Shown here: positions 51,712-63,970 of the stretch, in pieces
Numbering within the stretch: the stretch's first letter is position 1
Layout: every line of letters starts with the position of its first letter
From: Laetmonice hystrix
Taxonomy: Eukaryota
DNA: 64,000 bases
NCBI GenBank assembly: GCA_965235115.1
Contig: OZ249436.1
Coordinates: 248,001 to 312,000 of the forward strand
Direction: 5' to 3'
Program-made: the position numbers and the translations under genes
The notes under the pieces: generated by a model
Databases searched by the model: none
The model's input: only the letters and a program-made list of their open reading frames with translations
Told to the model about the DNA's origin: nothing

Positions 51712-52244
51712 CGGGGCTAGGGCCGGGGGCCGGGGGCCACGGGCCGGGGGCCACGGGCCGAGGGCCGGGGGCCGGGGGCCGAGGGCGGGGACCGAGGGCC
51801 GAGGGCCGGGGGCCGAGGGCCGGGGGCCGAGGGCCGGGGGCCGAGGCCGGAGGCCGGGGGCCGGGGGCCGGAGGCCGGGGGCCGGAGGCCAGGGTCCGGG
51901 GTCGGGGGCCGGGGGCCGGGGGTCGGGGGCCGGGGGTCGGGGGCAGGGGGCCGGGGGTCGGGGGCCGGAGGCCGGGGTCCGGGGTCGGGGGCCGGGGGCC
52001 GGGGGCCGGAGGCCGGGGTCCGGGGCCGGGGGCCGGGGGCCGGAGGCCGGGGTCCGGGGTCGGGGGCCGGGGGCCGGAGGCCGGGGGCCGGGGGCCGGGG
52101 GTCGGGGGCCGGGGGTCGGAGGCCGGGGGCCGGGGGTCGGGGGCCGGGGGCCGGAGGCCGGAGGCCGGGGGCCGGGGTCGGGGGTCGGGGGCCGGGGGCC
52201 GGGGGCCGGGGTCGGGGGTCGGGGGCCGGGGGTCGGGGGTCGGG
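51712..52244 (+). repeat. (GGGGGCC)n-type heptamer repeat
   Basis: CCGGGGG with TCGGGGG, CCGGAGG and CCGAGGG variants. Confidence 0.93.
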
Positions 52245-52968
52245 AGCGTGCCGTGGCCAATCTCTCCGGGGGCTGACAAGGTGGCCCTAGCCTGACGGAG
52301 GTACAAATTGCCGGGTTAGCGGCGATCGCGGCCGGTCGGCCGGTGACCACTCTCGTCCACCGTCAGCATACTGACGACCACTAATCAGGGCGGACCTCAG
52401 CGGGTCCCTGGTCGGGGTGTTAGCGGGGAATGAGCACCCCGTGTACACTGAGTGGTAGGGGGTGCTATCTGTAGTCTCCTCCACCCCACTCCCCTCCGTT
52501 ACCCCCCCCCCCCCTGGAGGAGCCCTCCTTGACCCGGGAGGCTCCAGGCCGTGCCTAGACGGTTTAGTGGGGTGGGGGCGAGCATCCATCACACCCGATG
52601 TATCAGGTACTGGTGCCAGGTATCGTAAGTACTCATCCTCAAAACTATAACTTAGTCTCTGATAGAGAACTGGCGTAGGTTGGGGAGATCGGGTGTTCCT
52701 ACGTATGTGGAAGAAAGATGGCTGGTCATGAATTAAGTTAGATAAATTCCACAGAGCCTCACTGTTTCTCTACTTCCCCTATCCACTCCATCTGGGAACC
52801 TATTCATTATGGTCGATTTTTAAACACATCCGAACATTTCTAACTCAGTGTTCCATCGTACAGCACCTCTCGCCGGTTTATTAAACGATTCCAAGTGTTA
52901 TCTTCTTTTGTGAAAGATTTGTCGTACTCTTGGATGTAGATTGTCTATGAGACACGATTAGAGAGATG

Positions 52969-54058
52969 ACTCCCCAACCAACCTTGAGATACCATTACTC
53001 CCCAACCAACCTTGAGATACCATTACTCCCCAACCAACCTTGAGATACCATTACTCCCCAACCAACCTTGAGATACCATTACTCCCCAACCAACCTTGAG
53101 ATACCATTACTCCCCAACCAACCTTGAGATACCATTACTCCCCAACCAACCTTGAGATACCATTACTGCCCAACCAACCTTGAGATACCATTACTCCCCA
53201 ACCAACCTTGAGATACCATTACTCCCCAACCAACCTTGAGATACCATTACTCCCCAACCAACCTTGAGATACGATTACTCCCCAACCAACCTTGAGATAC
53301 CATTACTCCCCAACCAACCTTGAGATACCATTACTCCCCAACCAACCTTGAGATACCATTACTCCCCAACCAACCTTGAGATACCATTACTCCCCAACCA
53401 ACCTTGGGATACGATTACTCCCCAACCAACCTTGAGATACGATAGGCAAGGATCTGTCTATGCGATGATACGATAGGCTAGGATCTGTCTATGCGATTAT
53501 ACGATAGGCAAGGATCTGTCTATGCGATGATACGATAGGTAAGGATCTGTCTATGAGATGATACGATAGGCAAGGATCTGTCTATGCGATGATACGATAG
53601 GTAAGGATCTGTCTATGCGATGATACGATAGGTAAGGATCTGTCTATGCGATGATACGATAGGTAAGGATCTGTCTATGCGATGATACGATAGGCAAGGA
53701 TCTGTCTATGCGATGATACGATAGGCAAGGATCTGTCTATGAGATGATACGATACGTAAGGATCTGTCTATGCGATGATACGATACGTAAGGATCTGTCT
53801 ATGAGATGATACGATAGGCAAGGATCTGTCTATGAGATGATCTGTCTATGCGATGATACGATAGGCAAGGATCTGTCTATGCGATGATACGATAGGCAAG
53901 GATCTGTCTATGCGATGATACGATAGGCAAGGATCTGTCTATGCGATGATACGATAGGTAAGGATCTGTCTATGCGATGATACGATACGTAAGGATCTGT
54001 CTATGAGATGATCTGTCTATGCGATGATACGATAGGCTAGGATCTATTTATGCGATTA
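52969..54058. repeat. Abutting 28-bp (~17 copies) and 31-bp (~20 copies) minisatellites
   Basis: ACTCCCCAACCAACCTTGAGATACCATT to ~53440, then GATACGATAGGYAAGGATCTGTCTATGCGAT. Confidence 0.94.
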
Positions 54059-54674
54059 TGTTTACAAGATATCAGTACGGAGTACTGCATACCTTTGATT
54101 TATTCTATATTAATCTTCGTTGCTGAGTCGTATATCTCAAGGGCTCGTGGTTTGAGTGCAGTTTTTTGTGTGTATTCTAGTGCTTTATCTTGTACACTTC
54201 TTTATTCCGTTCTACGCACGGGTACAGCTTCTTTGAGTAATGTAGAAAGAGTAGATGGATAAGAATTGTTGATATGATAGTATTGTCCATCAAAGATCTT
54301 TTAATAGGCGCACTTCATAGAGAAATACTGATCCTCAGAAATCGTCGTCCAGAGTTGAGCCAGCGCGCTTCATAGAGAAATACTGATCATCAGAAATCGT
54401 CGTCCAGAGTTGATCCATAACGTCGTGTTAATGATAAGCTCTTAAATAAACGACGTCTTTCACGACTCCTACGATAAATGTAAACTTGTTGTTTTTTGGC
54501 ATGGTCGTCCAAAGTTTGATTCTACAAGAAAAATTACATTGCGCCTCTTCATCTGGAGGTCAGTTAAATCAAGTCATCCATTCATGGGAATCAGAAGTAA
54601 CGTTTTCTTATATTCAGCCATGTGATAGCCAGCCTCAGTTACTTATTGCTTACGTGTAAATCTAGGTTATTTAC

Positions 54675-55322
54675 CGTGTTGTTATAGAGAAAGGCCGGAC
54701 CGTGAGTTAGAGCCCATGTGACCGGGCAGTGAGTTGGAGCCCATGTGACGGGTCCATGTGTGATAACCTAGAGAATATTTACCCGTTTCCCTGCCGTGGT
54801 TTTGTTATAGAGAAAGGCCGGACCGTGAGTTAGAGCCCATGTGACCGGGCAGTGAGTTGGAGCCCATGTGACGGGTCCATGTGTGATAACCTAGAGAATA
54901 TTTACCCGTTTCCCTGCCGTGGTTTTGTTATAGAGAAAGGCCGGACCGTGAGTTAGAGCCCATGTGACGCGTCCATGTGTGATAACCTAGAGAATATTTA
55001 CCCGTTTCCCTGCCGTGGTTTTGTTATAGAGAAAGGCCGGACAGTGAGTTGGAGCCCATGTGACCGGGCAGTGAGTTGGAGCCCATGTGACGGGTCCATG
55101 TGTGATAACCTAGAGAATATTTACCCGTTTCCCTGCCGTGGTTTTGTTATAGAGAAAGGCCGGACAGTGAGTTGGAGCCCATGTGACCGGGCAGTGAGTT
55201 GGAGCCCATGTGACCGGACAGTGAGTTGGAGCCCATGTGACCGGACAGTGAGTTGGAGCCCATGTGACGGGTCCATGTGTGATAACCCAGAGAATATTTA
55301 CCCGTTTCCCTGCCGTGGTTTC
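54675..55322. repeat. Composite repeat (~100-175 bp) with nested 26-bp subunit, ~4-5 copies
   Basis: Variable numbers of GTGAGTTGGAGCCCATGTGACCGGRCA inside a longer unit containing GAGAATATTTACCCGTTTCCCTGCCGTGG. Confidence 0.9.
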
Positions 55323-56345
55323 CACGTTCAATCAGAGATCGGCGATTGAAGTTGACTGTGTAACAGATCGTTGGTGTGGTGCTGTTGTTTTCACTGAACC
55401 CGGTAACTCGCTGTCCGTACAGTAATCACGAAATCAAACAGATACCCACACTGATCAATGGATTCTTCAAGCCGTACCTCATTATCTTTTTTTTTTAATC
55501 CAATAACACCAGCTTCTGATAATGTGATAGAAATTCCAACACGGCCCTGTTGAAACATTGTAAATTTGATAAGGGCTGAGATCAATGTGGTGAATGTGGG
55601 AGTATTGGCTTGGTATTCGGTCGATACGTGGGGGTTACCGTGTAAACAGCTTAATTGAATGAACGCAACTCTCACGGCAATGTTGTCAGAACGCCGTGCT
55701 GTTCATCAACGTTTAGAAGATGAAGTGGTGGTTTGGCTGGCCATGACTGCCGATGTACTCTGTAAGTAATAGATGGAGCAAATATTGGCCCAAGATAGGA
55801 CCTGGCTTACCCTAGGGTGTATTAGTTCTGATCTTTGCCGCCAGAGGGGTTGGGGGTAAATCAGCCTGAAAACGTCTTGCCAGTAAAGGTCCAGACACCC
55901 CCTACCCCAACCCCCCGTGGGGGTTGTGATTGAAAGTGGTGTGAATATTTCTCAGCGTGTGTATCAAGGTTAGAATCACAAAGGTAATGGACGGATGGAG
56001 ATGCCGTAATTAACTTGGACTCGGATTTTACACCACACCAACTCGGAGACGCATGGCAGAGCGACTGGGTGGACTCGACCATGCCTATCTCATTCTGTGG
56101 TTGGTGTGGGGGGGGGGGAGTCTACCGGCTGAGTCCAAGGTAACGCGGTGCAGTGAAGGCAGTGGTCGTCTAAAAGTACACAGTTCTGGGGATTAGTGAA
56201 AACTATCAGGGTCAGATGTTGTGTAGTACCCCGGGAGCATTGCTAATTAATCCGACGGTGTTTCTCTGGAGAGAAGAGAAATGGCGGCGTGGGGATGAAC
56301 ATCCGGGTGCTTTCAGTCTGATCATGTCGGACTCTTGAAATCTTT

Positions 56346-57326
56346 CTTAACGTACACGTTATACAGGCGTGAAGCTTGACATTCAGGGTGTATCTCTCTT
56401 ACCGTACACGTTATACAGGCGTGAAGCTTGACATTCAGGGTGTATCTCTCTTAACGTACACGTTATACAGGCGTAAAGCTTGACATTCAGAGTGTATCTC
56501 TCTTAACGTACACGTTATACAGGCGTGAAGCTTGACATTCAGGGTGTATCTCTCTTAACGTACACGTTATACAGGCGTGAAGCTTGACATTCAGGGTGTA
56601 TCTCTCTTACCGTACACGTTATACAGGCGTGAAGCTTGACATTCAGGGTGTATCTCTCTTAACGTACACGTTATACAGGCGTGAAGCTTGACATTCAGGG
56701 TGTATCTCTCTTAACGTACACGTTATACAGGCGTGAAGCTTGACATTCAGGGTGTATCTCTCTTACCGTACACGTTATACAGGCGTGAAGCTTGACATTC
56801 AGGGTGTATCTCTCTTACCGTACACGTTATACAGGCGTGAAGCTTGACATTCAGGGTGTATCTCTCTTAACGTACACGTTATACAGGCGTGAAGCTTGAC
56901 ATTCAGGGTGTATCTCTCTTAACGTACACGTTATACGGGCGTGAAGCTCGACATTCCGGGTGTATCTCTTACCGTACACGTTATACGGGCGTGAAGCTTA
57001 ACATTCAGGGTGTATCTCTCTTAACGTACACGTTATACGGGCGTGAAGCTTGACATTCAGGGTGTATCTCTTAACGTACACGTTATACGGGCGTGAAGTT
57101 TTGACATTCAGGGTGTATCTCTCTTAACGTACACGTTATACGGGCGTGAAGCTTGACATTCAGGGTGTATCTCTTAACGTACACGTTATACAGGCGTGAA
57201 GCTTGACATTCAGGGTGTATCTCTCTTAACGTACACGTTATACAGGCGTGAAGCTTGACATTCAGGGTGTATCTCTCTTAACGTACACGTTATACAGGCG
57301 TGAAGCTTGACATTCAGGGTGTATCT
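56346..57326. repeat. 52-bp minisatellite, ~19 copies
   Basis: Unit CTTAACGTACACGTTATACAGGCGTGAAGCTTGACATTCAGGGTGTATCTCT. Confidence 0.95.
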
Positions 57327-57924
57327 TCTTCAGTCGGATGGCTAGTGATAGCATCACACAACGTCACTCGTGACGTAACAACGTCGTACTTTACGTACCA
57401 ACGTCACATGTGACGTAACAAATGGCACGTCACATAACAGCGTCACATGTCACTAACAACAAGACACGTCACATAACGTATTTGCAGCATGTCCTAACGA
57501 CGGGTATTATCTCATTAACATCCTAAACTAATCCAACTTTAGAAGATTAGAACGGTTTGAGGACTCATCCCCACGATCTTTCCATGCTTGTGTTAAGTAA
57601 AAGACTATCTGTCGAGGCATTCTGAATCAAAGGACCAAAGACGCCGTTGGGATAATCATATTTTTGGAAACTTTTCTTTCTAGAGCAGTAGCCCAAAGAT
57701 AAAAATTGTTTCCTGTGAGTGACGTCGATACGACATTATTGTAGGGCGCGACGTCACATGAAGGAGTTGGAAGGGGGGAGTTATTGATTGGGAGTTAGTC
57801 ATCGTGAGTGAGCCTAAATAATGCTCACTTCACTTCAGTTGTGTCGTGAAACATTAACCTATATTCAAGTAACTAGAAATGATTGGAAATTCCCTCTCTA
57901 ATTTCTAGGGTAACTCGTGATGTT

Positions 57925-58331
57925 CTTGTTGCTTCAGGGATGGTGGTGGGATGTTAAATCCAATCCTCATTGTTTGTTACTTCAGGGATGGTCGTGGTGG
58001 GATGTTAAATCCAATCCTCATTGTTTGTTACTTCAGGGATGGTGGTGGGATGTTAAATCCAATCCTCATTGTTTGTTACTTCAGGGATGGTCGTGGTGGG
58101 ATGTTAAATCCAATCCTCATTGTTTGTTACTTCAGGGATGGTCGTGGTGGGATGTTAAATCCAATCCTCATTGTTTGTTACTTCAGGGATGGTCGTGGTG
58201 GGATGTTAAATCCAATCCTCATTGTTTGTTACTTCAGGGATGGTCGTGGTGGGATGTTAAATCCAATCCTCATTGTTTGTTACTTCAGGGATGGTCGTGG
58301 TGGGATGTTAAATCCAATCCTCATTGTTTGT
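57925..58331. repeat. 57/60-bp minisatellite, 7 copies
   Basis: Unit TTGTTACTTCAGGGATGGT(CGT)GGTGGGATGTTAAATCCAATCCTCATTGT. Confidence 0.94.
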
Positions 58332-58605
58332 CAACACATGAACCTAGCCATCTCGCGCCGAAAGAAAATGTACTTGAAATGAATTTTTGAAAATTAAATT
58401 ATGTATCATTTTGGTTGTAGATTATTTGGTTGTAGATTATTTGGTTGTAGATTATTTCCCTCCTATAAAACGTGAAGATGGCTCGGAAATTTATTTAATC
58501 GACTTCTGCACATGGGGATTATCGCGGGGATTTGTGATTTACCGGTCGTGTAGACTGCGCCTCAGTGGTTCCATGATGGCCAAGTGCGGTTCTACGGGCA
58601 GACCA

Positions 58606-59770
58606 AGCCATGGGACCGAGCCATGGGACCGAGCCATGGGACCGAGCCATGGGACTGGGACATGGGACTGGGCCGTGGGGTTTGAACAGCAGCGACCGGG
58701 CCGTGGGGTTTGGGCAGTATAGGGGCTGGGACGTGGGGTTTGGGCAGTATAGGGGCCGGGCCGTGGGGTTTGGGCAGTATGAGGGGCCGGGCCGTGGGGT
58801 TTGGGCAGTATAGGGGCTGGGACGTGGGGTTTGGGCAGTATGAGGGACCGGGCCGTGGGGTTTGGGCAGTATGAGGGGCCGGGACGTGGGGTTTGGGCAG
58901 TATGAGGGGCCGGGCTGTGGGGTTTGGGCAGTATGAAGGGCCGGGCCGTGGGGTTTGGGCAGTATAGGGGCCGGGACGTGGGGTTTGGGCAGTATGAGGG
59001 GCCGGGACGTGGGGTTTGGGCAGTATAGGGGCCGGGACGTGGGGTTTGGGCAGTATGAGGGGCCGGGCCGTGGGGTTTGGGCAGTATGAGGGGCCGGGCC
59101 GTGGGGTTTGGGCAGTATGAGGGGCCGGGCCATGGGGTTTGGGCAGTATGAGGGGCCGGGCCGTGGGGTTTGGGCAGTATGAGGGGCCGGGCCGTGGGGT
59201 TTGGGCAGTATGAGGGGCCGGGCCGTGGGGTTTGGGCAGTATGAGGGGCCGGGCCGTGGGGTTTGGGCAGTATGAGGGGCCGGGCCGTGGGGTTTGGGCA
59301 GTATAGGGGCCGGGACGTGGGGTTTGGGTAGTATGAGGGGCCGGGCCGTGGGGTTTGGGCAGTATAGGGGCCGGGACGTGGGGTTTGGCAGTATGAGGGG
59401 CCGGGCCGTGGGGTTTGGGCAGTATGAGGGGCCGGGCCGTGGGGTTTGGGCAGTAGGGTCCAGGCCGTGGGGTTTGGGCAGTATGAGGGGCCGGGCCGTG
59501 GGGTTTGGGCAGTATGAGGGGCCGGGCCGTGGGGTTTGGGCAGTAGGGTCCAGGCCGTGGGGTTTGGGCAGTATGAGGGGCCGGGCCGTGGGGTTTGGCA
59601 GTGTGAGGGCCGGGCCGTGGGGTTTGGCAGTATGAGGGGCCGGGACGTGGGGTTTGGCAGTATGAGGGGCCGGGCCGTGGGGTTTGGGCAGTATGAGGGG
59701 CCGGGCCGTGGGGTTTGGACAGTATGAGGGGCCGGGCCGTGGGGTTTGGGCGGTGTGGATCTGGCCGTGG
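58606..59770 (+). repeat. 13-bp repeat grading into a 30-31-bp G-rich minisatellite, ~35 copies
   Basis: Unit GGCCGTGGGGTTTGGGCAGTATGAGGGGCCG. Confidence 0.95.
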
Positions 59771-59830
59771 GGATAGTTCCATTGTTGTGACAACGCCAAC
59801 TGTTTCACCTTGGACTAATTGCAGACGGTT

Positions 59831-59844
59831 CCACCAGAGGGCGC
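59831..59844 (+). promoter_or_regulatory. CTCF consensus motif
   Basis: CCACCAGAGGGCGC matches the CTCF core CCASYAGRKGGCRS exactly. Confidence 0.45.
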
Positions 59845-60334
59845 TCCCTGCAGACCGCGACATCTCTTTTAATTAGGATCCGACATGGTGACGTTTTTAA
59901 TTACACTTGGGGCCAGGTGGACGCTGGTCCCACACGGCAATGAAATGTGGCAACAGATTAAGGCAGACTGAAACAATACGAGTAGAACATTATCTGAGGG
60001 ACCCGCCTGCCCCCCGTCTCTGAGATAAAGAGAGAGAGGGGAGTCCCCCTTCAAAGGTTTAGGGGGAGGGGGGTGACATGTTTTGGTTTGGGAGAAGGAC
60101 GCGGCATTGACACGCGCCCATCTCCTAATTCAGTGATGTAACGGACAGTTTGATTGGCGCAGACTTCCGGCCCCGTTTGGCTTGGGTTCCATTTGACAGA
60201 TGACTCATTTTATCAGAGAAGAAAACCTTTGTTGTTTGTATTTTTGTTCTCTTTTCAACTGCGGTGATGGCGGCTTATGAGAGAGCTGGCAACCGGCGGC
60301 TGACGGCTGAAATACTGCGACTGACGGAGGGAGG

Positions 60335-60522
60335 GTCTGTCATAGAGGCTTGGAGTGACACAAGGTGGGGGGGGGGGTGGAGTCGATAATGACAGTATCC
60401 CTCACAACATGTTTCTTCATTCTGTCATAGAGGCTTGGAGTGACACAAGTCGGGGGGTGGGGGGTGGGGGGGGGGGGGTGGAGTCGATAATGACAGTATC
60501 CCTCACAACATGTTTCTTCATT
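60335..60522. repeat. ~85-100-bp direct duplication with variable G tract
   Basis: TCTGTCATAGAGGCTTGGAGTGACACAAG...CAACATGTTTCTTCATT occurs twice. Confidence 0.88.
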
Positions 60523-60587
60523 TCTTCTCTTGGATCAGCTGAACAATTCCACGCAGTCGGTGTGAGATCACCATGGACACTGTCACT

Positions 60588-62026
60588 CCCGTAAAGTCAC
60601 TCACTTACTCACACTCCGGACGTAAAGTCACTTACTCACACTCCGGACGTAAAGTCACTTACTTACTCACACTCCGGACGTAAAGTCACTCACTTACTCA
60701 CACTCCGGACGTAAAGTCGCTCACTTACTGACACTCCGGACGTAAAGTCACTCACTTACTCACACTCTGGACGTAAAGTCACTCACTTACTCACACTCCG
60801 GACGTAAAGTCACTTACTCACACTCCAGACGTAAAGTCACTTACTCACACTCCAGACGTAAAGTCGCTCACTTACTCACACTCCGGACGTAAAGTCACTT
60901 ACTCACACTCCGGACGTAAAGTCACTCACTTACTCACACTCCGGACGTAAAGTCACTCACTTACTCACACTCCGGACGTAAAGTCACTTACTTACTCACA
61001 CTCTGGACGTAAAGTCACTTACTCACACTCTGGACGTAAAGTCCCTTACTCACACTCCAGACGTAAAGTCGCTCACTTACTCACACTCCGGACGTAAAGT
61101 CACTTACTCACACTCCGGACGTAAAGTCACTCACTTACTCACACTCCGGACGTAAAGTCACTCACTTACTCACACTCCGGACGTAAAGTCACTCACTTAC
61201 TCACACTCCGGACGTAAAGTCACTCACTTACTCACACTCCGGACGTAAAGTCACTCACTTACTCACACTCCGGACGTAAAGTCACTTACTTACTCACACT
61301 CCCGACGTAAAATCACTCACTTACTCACACTCCGGACGTAAAGTCGCTCACTTACTCACACTCCGGACGTAAAGTCGCTCACTTACTCACACTCCGGACG
61401 TAAAGTCGCTCACTTACTCACACTCCGGACGTAAAGTCGCTCACTTACTCACACTCCGGACGTAAAGTCACTCACTTACTCACACTCCGGACGTAAAGTC
61501 ACTTACTCACACTCCGGACGTAAAGTCACTCACTTACTCACACTCCGGACGTAAAGTCACTTACTCACACTCCGGACGTAAAGTCGCTCACTTACTCACA
61601 CTCCGGACGTAAAGTCGCTCACTTACTCACACTCCGGACGTAAAGTCGCTCACTTACTCACACTCCGGACGTAAAGTCACTTACTCACACTCTGGACGTA
61701 AAGTCACTCACTCACACTCCGGACGTAAAGTCGCTCAATTACTCACACTCCGGACGTAAAGTCACTCACTTACTCACACTCCGGACGTAAAGTCACTCAC
61801 TTACTCACACTCCGGACGTAAAGTCACTCACTTACTCACACTCCGGACGTAAAGTCACTCACTTACTCACACTCCGGACGTAAAGTCACTCGCTTACTCA
61901 CACTCCGGACGTAAAGTCACTCACTTACTCACACTCCGGACGTAAAGTCACTCGCTTACTCACACTCCGGACGTAAAGTCACTCACTTACTCACACTCTG
62001 GACGTAAAGTCACTCACTTACTCACA
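60588..62026. repeat. 31/27-bp minisatellite, ~48 copies
   Basis: Unit CGTAAAGTCA(CTCA)CTTACTCACACTCCGGA. Confidence 0.96.
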
Positions 62027-62537
62027 CGGCTGTGTGCACGGAGTGGAAACCATTGCCGTTCATTCCAAACATAAGATTTGAATCCGCAGTAGAACTTAAT
62101 GATATCTGTACTTCTCTACTCAAATGTAAATAAAACGATCCATATTCCTTTTCTTTTAGAACATGAGAATATGCCTTAGAGAAAAAGAACCCATTCCATT
62201 TCATTTCCCGTCGTCTAACTTGTTGTGAGGAAACATTAAAGTGAACCCCAGGGTTTCAACGATGAATCAATATCAGAACTAAAACACTGATAGAAACACA
62301 GAGGATTGTGTCATGATCCAAGACAATCATTAAAATGTAATTATCTTTCACAGCACCACCATCAGAATTAAATTGCTGGTATATTTGTCTCAGAACCTTT
62401 CAACCTTTTCTTATAATCTAAACGTGTTAGGTGTAATCTGTCACGTACTCAAACACCGAGATGGTGTTTAAGGCTCCGTTGTGTGACCACAGCACCTCTC
62501 ACCTCGAAATATCTTCAAGCCGCATGTGAAATGGTCT

Positions 62538-63465
62538 GTTGACCGGTTAGTGAGCTTTCCGTAACTTAAGGTTAGAGGACTGCTTTATTGACCGTGGTTA
62601 GTGAACTTTCCATAAGGTTGGTGGATCGGTTTATTGACCGTGGTTAGTGAACTTTCCTTAAGGTTGGTGGATCAGTTTATTGACTGTGGTTAGTGAACTT
62701 TCCGTAAGGTTGGTGGATCAGTTTATTGACCGTGGTTAGTGAACTTTCCTTAAGGTTGGTGGATCAGTTTATTGACCGTGGTTAGTGAACTTTCCTTAAG
62801 GTTGGTGGATCAGTTTATTGACCGGTTAGTGAACTTTCCGTAAGGTTGGTGGATCAGTTTATTGACCGGTTAGTGAACTTTCCTTTAGGTTGGTGGATCA
62901 GTTTATTGACCGTGGTTAGTGAACTTTCCGTAAGGTTGGTGGATCAGTTTATTGACCGTGGTTAGTGAACTTTCCTTAAGGTTGGTGGATCAGTTTATTG
63001 ACCGTGGTTAGTGAACTTTCCGTAAGGTTGGTGAATCAGTTTATTGACCGTGGTTAGTGAACTTTCTGTAAGGTTGGTGGATCAGTTTATTGACCGTGGT
63101 TAGTGAACTTTCCTTAAGGTTGGTGGATCAGTTTATTGACCAGTTAGTGGACTTTCCATAAGGTTGGTGGATCGGTTATTGACTCTGTAAGGTTAGTGGA
63201 TCGGTTTATTGACCGGTTAGTGGACTTTCTGTAAGGTTGGTGGATCAGTTTATTGACCGTGGTTAGTGAACTTTCTGTAAGGTTAGTGGATCGGTTTATT
63301 GACTGGTTAGTGGACTTTCTGTAAGGTTAGTGGATCGGTTTATTGACCGGTTAGTGAACTTTCTGTAAGGTTAGTGGATCAGTTTATTGACCAGTTAGTG
63401 GACTTTCTGTAAGTTTAGTGGATCAGTTTATTGACCAGTTAGTGGACTTTCCATAACGTTGGTGG
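62538..63465. repeat. ~44-46-bp minisatellite, ~20 copies, derived from SINE body
   Basis: Unit TTATTGACCGTGGTTAGTGAACTTTCCKTAAGGTTGGTGGATCAGT. Confidence 0.94.
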
Positions 63466-63560
63466 TTTTCCCCAGATACACCAGTTTCATCCACCGGTAA
63501 AGTTGACCTCCACGATTTGATCGTGGCTCATGCGGAGGCATACAACCACAAAATGAAACC
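63458..63560 (+). mobile_element. SINE conserved core and tail remnant
   Basis: GTTGGTGGTTTTCCCCAGATACACCAGTTTCATCCACCGGTAAAGTTGACCTCCACGAT aligns by eye to 10318-10370. Confidence 0.55.
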
Positions 63561-63885
63561 CAGAATCAAGGTAGAAGTTCTACTTCACTACAGTAGCGAA
63601 GTCTCTGACACGCCGTGGGAAATGTTTCAATTACTCTGGCGTCAAGAGCGTCTCTTTAAGGCGTCAGGCAGTGCGCTTTAACGCTGATCTCCACTTGTCC
63701 ATCTTAAGTTTTAATGATTTACGGCTGCAGAAATCCCATCTGGAACTTTAGCAAAAAAAAAAGGAAGGGGGACGCAAGAATTTTCTACTGGTGCGAGTAG
63801 GTATCAAAGCGAAGCGGAACTCACCTTTAAAGGTGTGTAACTCTCAGGTAGACGTAATCTTTCCTTTTAGTCTCGTGCCGAACAC

Positions 63886-63970
63886 TGCTGGCTGGCCTGG
63901 AGGCTGGCTGGAAGGCTGGCAGGCTGGCTGGCTGGCTGGTAGTAGGTGGCTGGCAGGTTGGGTAGCTGGC
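63886..63970. repeat. Degenerate (GGCT)n microsatellite
   Basis: GCTG/GGCT tetramers. Confidence 0.8.

Noticed and set aside
51003..52350. 26-aa repeat ORF and collagen- or extensin-looking Pro-Gly ORFs
   Set aside because: Translations of the 78-bp array and the 7-mer repeat; no Gly-X-Y register.
58519..59863. Proline-rich 420+ aa ORFs
   Set aside because: Reverse complement of a G-rich minisatellite.
997..63465. CRISPR-like appearance of the 20-60 bp repeats
   Set aside because: Units are head-to-tail with no unique spacers, there are no cas genes, and the context is eukaryotic.
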